Source of the DNA: Balanoglossus misakiensis
Taxonomy: Eukaryota; Animalia; Hemichordata
Direction of reading: 5' to 3'
Assembly: GCA_040954595.2 (NCBI GenBank)
Contig: CM082578.2
Location: 18,432,728 to 18,496,727 of the forward strand
Length of the DNA: 64,000 nt
Shown: piece after piece, positions 1 to 14,500 of the stretch
Numbering within the stretch: position 1 is the stretch's first letter
Layout: each line of letters begins with the position of its first letter
Position numbers and translations under genes: made by a program
Notes under the pieces: model-generated
Told to the model about the DNA's origin: nothing
The model's input: the letters and a program-made list of their open reading frames with translations, nothing else
Database searches by the model: none

Positions 1-1411
1 AGAGAAGGGGAACTACTTTTCCACGAGCAAATATCAGTCTCGGTCATTCACTCTTCATTCACTCTACCCTCTCTGCTTGATTGGCTTCATATTTCTTCCC
101 ATGTATAATTTAATAGTCCATTCCAGGGGCAATCACACATGTGAAAATATGACTCTGAAATCGGTAATGGAGTGGATTTTTTTTTACCCTTTTAACAATT
201 ATGATTTCAAGGCACTTGTCATTCCACGAGAATTTTGTGCCATAGTTTTCATCATTTAATGCAGTTCGTCAGTTCGTCAATATAAGGCAGTCCACAAGCA
301 GTGTATCTGTACTGTGTGATCTTATTGAATTCATCTGATAACTGTTCAAATTGTCATTCACATTACAGAAACGGCAAATAATCTGATTGAGCGTGCAAGG
401 TGTAATGTATTTTTAGCCTTATTGAATATTAGTTTAGGGTGGGATCAATTGACAATGTCTTTCCACGGGACCTCCTTGAAGCTTCTCCAAATGGCCATCG
501 GCAATGAAATGGAATATGGAAAGTAATTGAATCAACGTTTATTATGAGTCTGTTATGTGGGGAGGCTGAACCAGCATAAATTCACCTTATCTAGAGGAGG
601 AATTAATGTCCCAAGCACTCAGATGACATTTAGAATGCGCGGAGCAGTCGGTCGACAAAGCAACACTGCCTGATAGGTTAAACGCACTTTTCATATTAAT
701 ATGTCATACACAAATTGAGCTTCTCAAGCAAGGACAGACAGAGATGTCCAATGTTGAAACAGGTTGTCACTTGTCATTAGCACACTTTTCACAGGTGTGC
801 ATTTCAATTATGAAGATGGGGTATAAAATGGATATTGGCATTGAAATTTGAGCAAACGCTCTGAGGTGACGTTCATTTGAAGGATGTTTGTTGTGAGGGA
901 TGTTAGCCATGTTATTGTGCTGGAACGTTCGACCTTGCCGGCCTGCTCATATGCAGTTAATGATCCGGTAAAGTTCTCGGTTCAGTTGGGCCTGTCATAT
1001 TAATTTTTCTCCCATATTCATTAGCGACAGTATTAATCTGAAGGTATGTTTTTCAACCTTAAATGCGGTATGGGTTGAGCAGACACTGAAAATTATCACC
1101 CCAGCTGTGGTTCAGTTTACACGTGTTCGAACAAAGCAGAATATGTGGTGTTCTGATTATGACAGTTTTAAAGTGTTTCATGTCAACCAATAATATTATT
1201 ATGTGAATCTTGTTATCATTTCAGATGGATGCCCGCAACCACTTCAGTCTATAATCAGCTTTGAAAATCCGCAATCATTAAATTTAATTCGGGAAAAACA
1301 GAATTCCACTGTATTGATTGAATGTAACAAAAAGTTAATCATTGATTGCGTTCTTGCTCCACACTAAATATTGTCTTTCTCTTTCTAATCGATAAAGGAT
1401 CATATTTTGTG

Positions 1412-1700
1412 ATTATTAATCCCCACGGATATAGACTGATGGATTGGGCTCCCTCTGTTCATTCATATGGAGCCCTGACTCGACATGGCTGGACCAATTG
1501 CATTCAAACTTGGTACAAACTATAGACAATGTACTAAGATTAACATTCATGTTACTTTATTTTGCTTCATAAGGGCTGATGACTAGGGTGGCCATTTGTA
1601 ATGATCTTTTCATGTCTGGTAGCCATTACGCAGACAGTCTGAACATATTTTATTCAAACTTGGCATACATGTACGGACAATGTACCATGGTACACGTCTT
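1412..1700. mobile_element. Degenerate non-autonomous repeat, possibly a Helentron-associated (HINE/DINE-like) fragment
   Basis: Two diverged internal repeats (TTCAAACTTGGTACAAAC...GACAATGTAC at ~1503 and TTCAAACTTGGCATACAT...GACAATGTAC at ~1653) follow a TTATTAATCCCC start. This resembles the core-repeat layout of such elements. Ends are not defined. Confidence 0.3.
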
Positions 1701-4457
1701 CCCCCCCCCTTTGCCAGAGAGAAAAGAATCCAAATATTCTAGCAAATGGACACCCCCCCCCCATCGACCAGTCCACCCCCTTGTACCAATTTGTGTGCCC
1801 CCTCTCCCCCTCCATGTCACAGATCAACACTGATAGTGATGAGTGCAAGCTTTACTTTACCCTCAGATCTAATCCTGAATTTGTACACAAGTACAGTCTG
1901 TACAAAAGAGAGATGCATGACCCAGAATACATTAGACCAAATTAAGGTGGACATTGCCTGGAAGCATGAGAAACAAATCGGTATACCAGGTCTGGGCATT
2001 GTTTCGACTGTACATGCTGTAGTTTGCATCTGTTCATTTTTTTGAACAGGTATAAATTCCTGAAGGTGAGCTTTGATATAGTTTATTAGCCTCACGTAAA
2101 GGCAATTCCGTGAGCCAACAGGTTTGCAGACTGAGGAGAATCCTTGAGACATGGCAGCTTATCTGTCGGTGTTGGATTGTTAGTCCTGGATAATTGGCGA
2201 CAGAAAACTCTCTGTGACTATAAGTATAATTTTGCAAAGACTGGGTTGCCTGTACTTTTTCAGTGGTTTGCCTGTACTTGTTCATGTGTTGTGTTTATGG
2301 TAAACTTTAGAAAGGCCTCCCTTCCTTCCTTGACCTTGTGGCATTTAGAAAAAGTCATCAGCTGTGTTGCATTTGTATGGACTTTTGGAAAAGGGAATGA
2401 TGTTTTGATGTTTTGGCAAGTGAAAGATGATCATGATGGAAATTTGTCCATCTGGTTGTTTGGCTATGGTGAGAAGGAAGGAATGTACTGTTACTGTTAT
2501 TATACATACACAGCAAAGTTGTGTATTCCTGGTACATTTCATTCCTTCGTGGCATGTATGTCAGCCAAGAAGGTTTCGGAGTCTTATGTTGGAGGCAATT
2601 AAATGTTCAGGGACAGTATCCAATTGCTGTAATAATAAAAAAAAGATGATCTGCTGCTGAATATTTCCATGGTATTTAAACACTTTTGCCCCATTTCCCT
2701 GTTTGACTTATTCCTTCAATTTACTGGTTGCACAGTTGCTAGTTAAATGATCCAGACACACAACAAATTGTTAGGAGGTATCAAAAAGAGGTGTCCAAAA
2801 GCCCAAAACAACAACAACAACAAAAACAAAAATCTACATTTAGGTACAGTACATCTATGAACTGTAATATATTGTTTATAGAATGGAATTGCAATGTAAA
2901 CATGGCCGACTGAGTTATATTTCCTGTGGTGCAGAAATGATTTCACATGTCATTAAATCATGAATATTGATAGTACAGGATATAGCATTAGCAACTTCAA
3001 TTCGATGAAAAAAAAAAAAACTTCAGTTGAAGGCACACCCATGCATTATGGAAATGCTTTCTGTGATGAATTATTAATGTCTGAGAAATCCACATGAGAG
3101 ATTCCAAGGTTGATGTGTACAAAATATATGTGAACTTTTCCTTCTGATCTTTGAGGATTTGGAGTGATGCGGAATATGTGACTAGTGTTTTCTTGTCTGT
3201 GGTTGTCCTTTGATTGATTTCACCTGCTGCTAGTTGCATTGCTGTTTTCGAGATTTAGGGTGATGAATCGTAGTTTCACATTAAACAGACATATATCCTA
3301 CTTTTCAGAATAAATTGCTAACATGTTCATGAAAAGGAATAAATGAAAAGGAACAACATTTATAATTTTATGAAATGAACTATCGGCACAAATCAGCTCT
3401 GCCTTGATGAGTCATGCCATGTTGTCAACATCCAACCTGTGCACTTTGTGGTTAGCAAAGGATTAAAACCTGTATCAAAAGTAGAACTCTAATAAACATG
3501 TAAATTTACTTGTTAACCGATTTTTGGAGCAATTTTGTTATTACGCACGCTATATTTGGATGTCGTTTCCATAAATTTGGATTGGCTTATTATCTCTTTA
3601 ATTTTCCATTTTGACAGATTTCTCTGAGATGTTTTCAAGAAGAACATTTATGGCTTTTATCACTTGTTAATGTTAGTGTCTTTTATAAAGCTGGAAATTG
3701 CCCCTCATGAAGCAAAGCCCCTTTCAGCAAAGAATAAAAATGAGATAGGCAGAAACAACTATCCCACTCATCACCTGTATTGCCATGGTGATGACCAAGG
3801 TCGTATGAAATTCATGATGCAAATCCGCAATCAGGTGACATTGCGTTGTTGTTGTCATCGTGACAGGATCCTGTGGTGTTGCAAGTTCTTTTCTGAATTG
3901 GCAGAATGTCACTCTTGGCAATCTAAATCGTGCGACGTCATTCATTAAACATGTTGAAAAGGTGTGCAGAAGCTCTGGATTTTCTTCAAGGTTGATTAAA
4001 ATGGTTCACAAGGAGGAATACATAGATTGTTACATATGTAAAGTCTTGATAATGGTTCACGTGTACTGACATCTGTTGCTGATCATCAACAATTGAGCCA
4101 TTGACAGTGTTCTATTTTCTTGCTGCAATATCTTCAGCTGAACCTGGATCACTGTGAAAAGAAAATAGAGTTGGGGAATAAAAAGTGAGAAATATATGCA
4201 GATGAAGTGGGGGAGAGGGGGACTTGATTGGTCTCATTCATATCTGCTTGCCAGCTGCAGGTGCAGATGGGGAAACTTGTCACCTGGTTTATCATAGTAC
4301 AAATTGAAATGACTCTGCTCGGGTCTCCTTAAAGTTACTCTAACATTGAACTCCACAAAGCAGAGCCTATGAACACAATGTTAAGATGTCACATACAACT
4401 GATCAAGCATATAAGTATGCCTCTGTGCTTTTTGATTGAATACCACAGTTGTAATAT

Positions 4458-4891
4458 TAGTCTTGCTCGAAGACTGTGTGATACTGAAATGCGCGTCCGC
4501 GTTACGTATAGAACGTCCTGTGGACACGTCGCTAATCACACAGTCTTGCCGATTCTGTAAACGCCCTTAAGTGGTTTTAGTCTTTTACCAGATTTTGATA
4601 AGTAGCGGAGAACATTTGAACCTCATATGTCTGTCAATCAAATTTATAGCGTCGCGTCAACATGATGTTCTATACGCGTACATACCACGTATAGAAAACG
4701 CATTTTTGGACGTTATCGCGAGCTTGTGTGCGCTTCTAGATGTTCTATATGCGAATTAACGCCACTCATGAATATTCATATCAAATATATGTGTACAGAA
4801 ACGTACAGTCGCTTTGCCTGGCGACGCGTCGTACGCAGTATGATGAAAGTTCCATTCTTATCGACAGGCACAGCGACTGCTATAGAGTCTA
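4458..4891. mobile_element. Non-autonomous DNA transposon, TAG...CTA termini, 9-bp TSD (AcademH-like by inference)
   Basis: Direct repeat TTGTAATAT at 4449-4457 and 4892-4900. Ends are TAGTCT... and ...AGTCTA. An internal inverted repeat AGACTGTGTGAT/ATCACACAGTCT is present, and the interior is CpG-rich in an AT-rich background. Confidence 0.7.
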
Positions 4892-5754
4892 TTGTAATAT
4901 ATGAACTAGTGTATTCACTCACAAGTAAGCCAGATGCTTTATAAAACAACATGTGAATGAATTATTACCCAAACCACAGAGGTGTGATTTTTCATAGGTT
5001 GCTCATCTCTTGAGAAAAACACTTTTATTGCTTGAGAAAATCAATATTTGACAAGTGAAGTGACATCTATGAAAAGTTTTTGCAGCTGCAGGTTTTCAGC
5101 CAACATGGTCAGATGTACATGGTAAGGTGATTAATTGAGTTCGAATGATATAAACATGGCAAATAAAACTCAAATGTCAAAAAAGGCAGCGAACCTGTCC
5201 CTTAGACCTTGTGAAGCCCCAAAACTTGGCTTGATGTCAGTGATGAGCTTAATATGTTTTTCTCACTGTCCAAATTAAGCCAACAAAATGAATGCAGTGA
5301 TCTGGTAAAAAACTGCCTAATTGATGGGAAATTTCTTGATTTTATGAGGGAAGACGAGGTGTGATTAGAGGCAGTTTACCTCATAAAGGGGCCAGTCACT
5401 GTGTAGTGTTCTGTCTTAGAGTGTTGAATTTTAAAGAGTTTATTACTGATGGTCCATCATTATGTGCAGCTGTGTAAGTCATAACAGTTGCACTAATATT
5501 CTGCTGGTATTCTGTGAGCTCAACTACATGTATGGCATTTGGGCATTTTGCATGAAAGAGGTCTTTATAGAGCTGTCAGGATTGTGTTGGTGAGAGCCAA
5601 TCACAGGTATAACTATTTAGTGTTTTGTGCTCATGCCAGGTGCCATGATTTTGTCTTCCTACTACTAGTACTAGTTCGTGTGGCACTTAGAATACATGGC
5701 ATGGAAATGGCGAAAATGTGCTGTGATCGGTACATTCATGTATGCAGCCAACAA

Positions 5755-5904
5755 CCAATCTACTTAAAATATTAGGTGATGTTTTTAGCTTTGGTGATTG
5801 TCTTGGCTGCTCTCGGGTGTAGCGCCACCTTGCGAACAGAACAGCCAAGAGTCAGCAAAGGCAAAGATGGCGCCTAACTCTACATCTGATTTTAATCAGA
5901 TTGG
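5755..5904. mobile_element. ~150-bp deletion derivative related to the 24766-25989 element
   Basis: The right end CTACATCTGATTTTAATCAGATTGG is identical to the right TIR end at ~25966-25990. The left end CCAATCTACTTAAAAT is a degenerate copy. GCCAACAA flanks both sides (5747-5754, 5905-5912), and there is an internal imperfect hairpin at 5772-5877. Confidence 0.65.
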
Positions 5905-8900
5905 GCCAACAATAACAACCTGTGATAATTGCTATTTGTCAACCTTACCTGGAAAGCGTATTTAAGTGTATCAATCAAGTGATGATTGACAAGGGGATAT
6001 CTGATGGTAGTGATGATGTTTCTGAACAATTCCATTATACTATGACATATATTTAATTATGACTGCTACAAATAGAATTTCCTCTCATTGGATTATTTTG
6101 ATTCATGATTTACCATCAGACACATCAGCAGCCGTCCTGTGGCCTCTCATCTTCATTAAGGTCGGTAATTAAAACCATTAGCAATTCAAAAGGGGGCATC
6201 TCACTCAGCCTGATGATACTGATAATGCCTCTGGTTGAATTCAGTACATCAGTTCCAAGCTCTGCAAATGTGGAGCTGGTGGAAATGTTTGCAAGAAATG
6301 GGCATCTCGTGAAAATTCTTCTTCAGCCTTGTACTACTAGTTGGAAATCATAGAAGTTCATTATCTTGTTGTTTTATTCTTTGGTTTGCAAAGTTCCTAC
6401 ATTGTAGGGTGTCATTCTGATTGGGGAGAGCTACATAAACTGTAGTGCTGACCAGAAAGACATGTATTTACATTCCACAGTGTCTGTGAATACTGTGCAT
6501 GGCCCTAGTATTCACAGTTGTCCGTCGGTCTCAAAAATTTATCAAAGCACAGTTCATACTAGGTGATCTTCCATGTACTGAATAAGCAGAGATGGTCAGA
6601 TTCTCTCAAACACAGTGGTTGATAGCATTCAAAGTAACTGGATAGGAATTCTTGACATGTGAAATGTAGAGGGGCTTTGTACCAGTAATTACCTCAACTT
6701 GAAAGATACAGATATTTTTAATTCCTGCATCATTTTAAAATCCTGCATAATCTGAAGATGACTACAAATTCCTGTATCAAATTGCTTTTCTATTTGAGAG
6801 AACATATTATGACTTTCGTTATTAATGTTACAAATTTCAGTTTTTTTCTCTCATGTATTTTTCTTGTCAACAGAGGAAGGGACATTGTCAGTACATGGGA
6901 GTGGATGCACCACAAGATAAGATAACAAGTACATTTACCATGACTGTGCTATCCATATATCCTCTAAAAAAACTTTTGAATTAATGAATTGAGTCATGAT
7001 ATATTAGACTTTTTAAGCCCAACTTTGGTAATGTGTGCGCTGCATTTGTAAAAGAAATGTATATAGAAATAATGGAATAACGTTAATTGCAATTAGCTCT
7101 ATCTGGTGAGTGGGCAGGATTGGTCAGATGGAGACACTGTACTCGGTTATTCCAGGCAAATTTTCCCCCCCGGAAATGTCTGTGCGGCTATGTCCAGTTT
7201 CATTTCAGCTGGAAATTAGCTTTGGAATGCTGCTGATAAAATGAAGAATTTTTTTTTTGTCTTTTTGGTGCTGTAGTGTTCATTCTGATGGAGACAGCAC
7301 ATCAGAGAAAATAGAAAAATAAACATAATATATCACTTCTTATCCACTAATGGAGAGGGCAAATTCACATCTGCTGTCCAAAAAACATAATTTTGACATA
7401 AAAGTGATCTTTGATATGCCTCAGCAACATTTGCAATTGAACGACAATGCTTTTGCTTCTGAGAGTGGTTTTGTTTTTCCCATTCAAGGCAGGTTAGCAC
7501 AGGCCTATGCCTTTGATATTTGTTGTTTATGTGCAGGCTAGCACAAGTACAATTTTCAAAGCTATGGCACAACAAACACAAACACACACACACACTCAAG
7601 ATGGCTGCAATTCTCATTTCTGTCATGAGCACAATGTGATTCAAAATGTATGTGCATTGGAGGTCATGATGAAACATTCACGGAAACCTGTCACAAATTT
7701 TACAGGAGATAAAAAAATTGCAGTTTGAGAAATTAAACCCACAGGTGCTTACTGAATCACTTGAAATTTACTCCAGTGGAAAAAATATACACTTTTATAT
7801 GGGGATAAAAGTAGAGTGATATGAGCATTTGCAGCTTGATGTCAAGCTCGGTTTATATGGGTATTCTGGGAAATTTCAAGGTTAATCATTATGCGCCACA
7901 TTTGCTGTGGGATGCATCAATGCCGAGATGCAATAAACGAGGAAAGATTTATTGAGAGCAGAGGAAATCCAGTGTCTGCATAATACTGACCAGCATTTGA
8001 AGGGCGGGATGAAATAAGCAATTGCGATCACAACCATGGAGGTGAATTTTAATGATTCCCCCCTCCCTCTTGAGACCAGTCATTTCGTCTGTTAACAAAG
8101 TATGTGGAGTGTGTGGGTGATTTGTGACGACTTGGAGATAGGCAGACTTTATCTTTGAGGTCAGAGGTATACTGCAGTGTAGATGGGCGAATCAATCAAT
8201 CAATCAGTGAGGGCAGGGATTTTAGCTGTCAATGAAACTCGGGACTTCTATAGGATGATGCAGCTTAGTGCAGTTATAGCTGCAGTGGTTCGAGAAGGAA
8301 ACTGGGGAGAATGTCAACAAATGTGATGGCAGTAAAATATTTCCAGAGCTGAAGGCAATAGTTGTCTTTTTTTTCACCAAAGATGCGTTTGTCACACAAT
8401 GAGCTTTTCATCCTTCATTGTTTTATTCTTCGGTAACTACTTAACATCAGCAAAGATGTTTCCCATTATTCGTTCTTATTATCTAGTACATGTAGTCGGG
8501 AATAAGTAAAGATGCAGTACAGTGAAATACAAAAACAAAATGTTTAGCCCATCCAATTGAAACATGGAACCTTGATTTACTTATTTTCCCTATTCGTGTC
8601 GTCATGATGGCTGTTTCCAGAGGTTATTGCTGAAAAAATGCAATTATGTTGCGACAGAACAATGGAGCGTATCCCATAATTCTTTGCAAAGGGATTGCGG
8701 CCATTCGGGATATTTGAACGTTATTCGTACTGCAGTGTGTGTGTGTCTACAATTTGTAAAATATTTTCTATGAATCACATGTTTTCCTATTATGTTGCAG
8801 ATTATTAGGCTTCACAGGTTGTTTTGAATGATCAACAATATTCCTTAAATGTTCAAAATATTGCATTGACCTTGTAAATGGACCAGACCAACACATTGCA

Positions 8901-11512
8901 TGCTGACGCAAGACACATGAATATCTTTAATTATACTGCCAGATTTATGTGTTAACTTGCTGATATTGTATATAATAATTCTTAACACCTTGTCAACATT
9001 TGTAAGTGAAATTCTCATCTGCACATTAACACTCAGCACATGTCAGCTAATTTCTCACCCAGTCTGACGTTCACTAATGGAACTATAATTGAGTGCTTAT
9101 TACGAGGAGTGCATAAATATGTTTGCGGGTGAGACCCAAACAGTACATCACTTTATACATTGTACAGTAAAAACAGTAAAAGAAATTGAACATTTTTTCA
9201 CTCCTCATATTAATTATCATCAATGTCTGTCATGTTTCTTGAGGCCTGTTCAAAAAGTATCTGGCTGATTGGGGATTAGCAGTACATTAGAGGCTGGATT
9301 TGACTTGCTAGAAGTCCTTTTTCCTTCATCAAATGCGGCGTCTTCATTCACAGACAATTTGCAGAGAGGCGATTTACTTCAGCAGATACTGCTGTTGAGG
9401 TTGATGCAACGAAATAAAAAGTAAATCAATGAGTTCACTGTCCTTTCGTAAATGTTGCCATCAATTTTACCCTGTGGCAGACAGAATGTGTATAACATGT
9501 GTCACACAAGTAGCAGGTTTTAGGAAAGGTGTCGCGTCCCTGCTCTGGATACGATGTTCTTCCCTGGAGTGCCACAGTTTACGTGCTCATTTATCCCTGC
9601 TGCTGAGCACACACATCCATTTGGCTGGCAATTAATGTACGAGTGTAAAACCTGTGTTGTGGAAACTTGGCTCTTCACATGTAAAAGTAGCTAAAACCGT
9701 GACCGTGTGGTTAATTGTTATTGTGGTGTGTGGACCTGCAGGGGAAACAGTCAGACTGGAAGCAATTTTGTGCAAACTTTGTTTTCCGTGTCTCAACTTG
9801 TTTCAAGCATGGTTTCACACCTTAGAGTGCATTGAACGTCACTTAGCATGATCTTCCATCATCCATGCCAGTGATCCTGCCAGCTACTGATCTGCTGATG
9901 GAACGGTCAAAAGGAAAAATCTCATGACCAGCTACATTTTGTATGTTTATGCAGCTGACATTTTTATGTTTGATGGAGGGATATCAAAGGCCAAGGTTGG
10001 GATAGTACGTTGGTAAGTGAATTGGGAATCACAAATTATAATGCCTTCACTTTGTCACTTAGTAATATGGTTGTATAGTGTACTGCTTGCTATACCATGG
10101 GAACCCAGGTAAAAATGGCTGGGAAACCCTACATAACATTTACCAAGGTGCCACCTTTAACAAAAACACTGCTTGGATGCAATGTACAAATGTACACATT
10201 TTACTACACATTCATCATGTTGATGTCAATCTGCTACATGTACCTGTGGTGACTGGTGATCTTTCTTCTTTTTTTGTTGTTGCGTCTTTGCGTTGACACA
10301 TGATACTGGTTGAGTCACTTGTCTCTCTTGACAAGACAAAATTAGTACAGATTGGATTACCTGTCTGACTGAGCCCCGGTGAAGAAGAGCTACCCATGTC
10401 AACTTCTGACATTTTCAGCAATCAAGTTATCAGAACAGGAACCCTAAAATTTTCTTTGATTTGAAATCAAAGCACAACACAGTGAATGCACTACGTCTCG
10501 AAGTTTATGCCTCTGATTTCAAAGTGGTGCAGAAAGTGCAGACACACCCTATCCTGGTGAATTGTTCATTCACACGGTCACGTACAGCACTCACAGACAC
10601 GAAACCGGCAAACAGAGGCGTTAAATGCATAGCCACAGTTCACGAAGCAAATTCCCCTGATGGGGTGACTCACAAGTCAGAGGTCAAATCATCGAGATGA
10701 AGTTGAGGACATGTATCGCGTCTATAATCTCACAATTACAGAGATGACATGCAGAGCTAATATGAACACTCAAACAGTCTGCAAACTCTCAGTGGAATGC
10801 AGCGCACGGCTGGATTTCTTTTGTCACCGATCAACTGAATTACTGGGTTCTGTAAATGGGATTGCAGGGGTTGTCTGGTTCCCCCACTTCTCGGTGGCAC
10901 GAACTGTTACACGTTGTTACATTATAAGCATTGAACAGCACCTGAAATTGGTCAATCTTTTTGCATTTTACATTGATATGTTGAAACCGTAGGGAGTTCC
11001 TGTATCACAGGGTGAACTGTCGAAAAATGAAATTGATGTGACTTGAAGCTTCTGGATAAATGAAGGTTGCTAGTCAATTAACATTTTCAAGCCCCTTCCA
11101 TCCAGTTTGTTATGAGAATTGAGATTATGCCCTTCATGATTTCCTTAGGTGTGACACAAAGAAGTTGTTACTATCGCTTTTTGCCGATGACTTTGTATTA
11201 AGATACATGTAATATCATGTTAATATGTCACCATTCCACAAAACAACATTACATGTATACTGCAAGAAAGTCATAAAAAATTCATACCTTGTACTTTGCT
11301 GGTTTTTATTTTGTCTGATTACAGTTTTACGCAAATAACTTTTTAGGTAAAATTGTACCAGATCATTATACAAGGTCAGAGTGCAATCGCGGGTGAGTGT
11401 TTTTGCATGATGAATATGTTGCATTGTTTATTCAACATTTTAGAAGCACAGGTAGTAAATGTTGTGTCTGTATGTCTTCTTGCAGAGGAGGTGAGCCACT
11501 AGGACGGTAACC

Positions 11513-14500
11513 ATGGCAGCCGAACCGACTCGACCAGAGCTCCAGTTTGGCTGCACAAAACAGGAGCTCAGAGAGCTTATGGAAACAAGGAGTCGGGAAG
11601 GACTTGAAATTATCAAGGAGAAGTACGGAGATGTTTATGAAATTTGCAACAGACTGCATACCTCACCTTCGGATGGTAAGTCGTTAAGTTACAATGACAC
11701 CGCAAATGTATGAATATGTGGAAGTCAAAAAGTGCATCTAAAAATTCTAATGATAGTTATGGGGGAAATGGTGTATACCTATAAAGAAAAGCTAACAGTA
11801 AGACAACAGCAGGAATGTTGGACTTTAGCAACAAATAATAGTGGTCAAGTGTGTCACTGTTGCTGATATTACTACCACTATGTTAAACAGCCCAACTCCA
11901 ACCACCGTTGGTTTCCTCGTAGTGGGTATGAACCAGATTAAAGCAAAATGCTCAGCTCTGCTTCATACAGATGTTCTTCCTCTGGTCATTGCCTGCAGCA
12001 ACTTGTAAGACCCTGTGTCTCTTCACCTTCCAAGCGTAGAGTTGTTCTCCTGCACTGGTATTCATGTACATGATGCTGAACTTAGGCTTGCCTTTATATT
12101 ATTATAATAAATTATTTTTAAATGACGAGAAATCCAGTTTGGTAGAGACTATCTAGAATGGGTCTGACTCTTATGCAAATTGACGGACTGAAAATGTCTC
12201 AAGGCATGAGAGTTGTGTAAATGAACGTTCAGCTGAATAATTTTGTTAAAATGTAACTGTCAGTCTGCACTGAACTAAATGCAATCAGTATGACTGGAAC
12301 TCAGCAAAGAGCAAGTTGTATGTGTGTCCATTTAAAAGGAGAATGTTACCAAGTACAAACAATTCATGGTGTTCCTGACAACCCCATAAATCTGTGTTTA
12401 TGAAGTTAGCAGGGGGAATGAAAAAAATCAACTGTACAACCTGACTGACAAAGAGACAGATTCAATCCCACTGATTTAAAAAAAATTTTTTTTGATCCTG
12501 TGACAGGTGTGTCTGCTAACAAAGAAGACTTGGAAAGGAGGCGTCAGGTGTTCGATGCCAATGTGATTCCAGCAAAACCACCAAAGAGCTTCCTGAGATT
12601 AGTGTGGGAGGCGCTCCAAGATACCACTTTAATTATTTTAGAAATTGCTGCTATTATTTCATTAGGGTTGAGCTTCTATCATCCAAAAGATGACAGCTTA
12701 GGTAAAGTAGATCATTTTTTTCTATTTTAATTTCAGTCCCTTTGGGGTTCCTTGGCTTCACAAAAAATCCTGTGAAGAGGAAAATGAATCTTATATAACC
12801 GATCATCATGTATATTGTTTTAATATTAGCCAATTATGCTGTCATACAGAGTCAGTTTATTGTGAAATGACTTCTAATCAAAATTGTTCAAATCGCAAAA
12901 TCTTGAATGAAACAGCAACTCATTTTACATCCGTTTGGAAGCTGATTGTGCAAGAAGGAAGCACCTTCACATTTTGAAGGGAACAAGCTGCGCTGTTTGT
13001 AGGAATCTGCAGGGCATCGACTCTCCTCACTGGTCAATGTCAGATGAAATATGATTCCCTGATGTATTCTTCAGTGGACCATAATTCTCTCTTTCTCTCT
13101 ATCTCTTGACAGAAACTGATCCTAGTGAATCAGAGTCGAGTTGGATAGAAGCCGTAGCTATCTTAGTGGCTGTCATTTTAGTAGTTTTTGTAACAGCTTT
13201 CAATGACTGGAATAAAGAGAGAAAATTTCGAGGTCTACAAGATAGGATAGAACAGGAGCAGAAACTTAGCGTTGTCCGTGATGGAATTGTTGAGCAGATT
13301 AATAATAAAGAAATTGTTGTTGGAGATGTATGTCTGGTCAAATATGGTAAGTGGTCAACTTTGCGTACTTTCTGTAAACTTCTAGTAAACTGTAAATTGT
13401 TTGCCAATGGTTTATGTACCCATACCAATAGATAATAAGTTGATAGTATGCCCATACAAATGATCAATATAAACTGCCAATGAGTCAACTGCTTCCGAAA
13501 GTTATGAGTGGCAAAGGAACCAATCACAGATCTTGTTTCATTGATAAAATACTGGCTGCCTATGGGGATGGCTCTAACCGCAACAGAGGTCTTTGTGGTC
13601 TGTGTCATAAAACCACCGCAAACGTCCAGTGAGATGCATCACCCCATACGTCACTAGCTGTTTCACGTGTGATACAATAATTAAAGAATAATTTGTTTGT
13701 ATTTATTCTACCTTTTTGGCATTCCATGGCAAAGGTGTAAGATTTTGTGTCTGCGTTTTTCGTTGTAGGTGATTTACTTCCGGCAGATGGTATCATCATA
13801 CAGTGTAATGATTTAAAAGTGGACGAGAGTTCACTGACCGGAGAATCCGACCAAGTGAAGAAGGGCAAGGACAGAGACCTCCATCTACTGTCAGGTATAG
13901 TCTACCTTCTCAACTTTGACCTGAGTATTTCCATATGAACTTTGACCCAGTGATTGAATACCTTCGCATACTTTTGCTGACAACCATGCATAAGACACTT
14001 AGTAATTTTATATTTTTTTAAGAAAGTGATACTTTTACCCTTTCACCCCAGTTCCCTCTTGGTTCAACCTTAAAGTAGAAAACAACGGTTTTGGAGAGAA
14101 CCATGGTGGTGAAAGTGTTAAACATCCACTTCACAAGAAAGATGCCCTATATACCAGGTATATAGTAACTGCAGAAACAACTTGTGCTCTGATATCATCA
14201 GGCCACAACACATTACATACATATGGTACATCTTGTCTCGAGAGCAGTGATGTCCACGTACATGTAGTTCTAATTTGTGTCTGTGTTACACTTGCGTTTA
14301 CAGGTACACACATCATGGAAGGCAGTGGTAAAATGCTTGTAGCTGCAGTTGGGTTGAACTCGCAGAGTGGTATCATCTATTCCCTATTGGGCGCCACCGA
14401 GGAATCTGATGAGCAGAAGAAGAAGAAAAAAGAAAAGGAAAAAGATGGTAGGTTGTTGATAAAAATTGTTTTCGGCATGAGCAAAGAAATGACGTCATGT

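Noticed and set aside
77-11424. Short ORFs upstream of the PMCA start
   Set aside because: No domains or splice-consistent chains. This is most likely 5' intronic or intergenic sequence of PMCA, and its non-coding exons could not be fixed.
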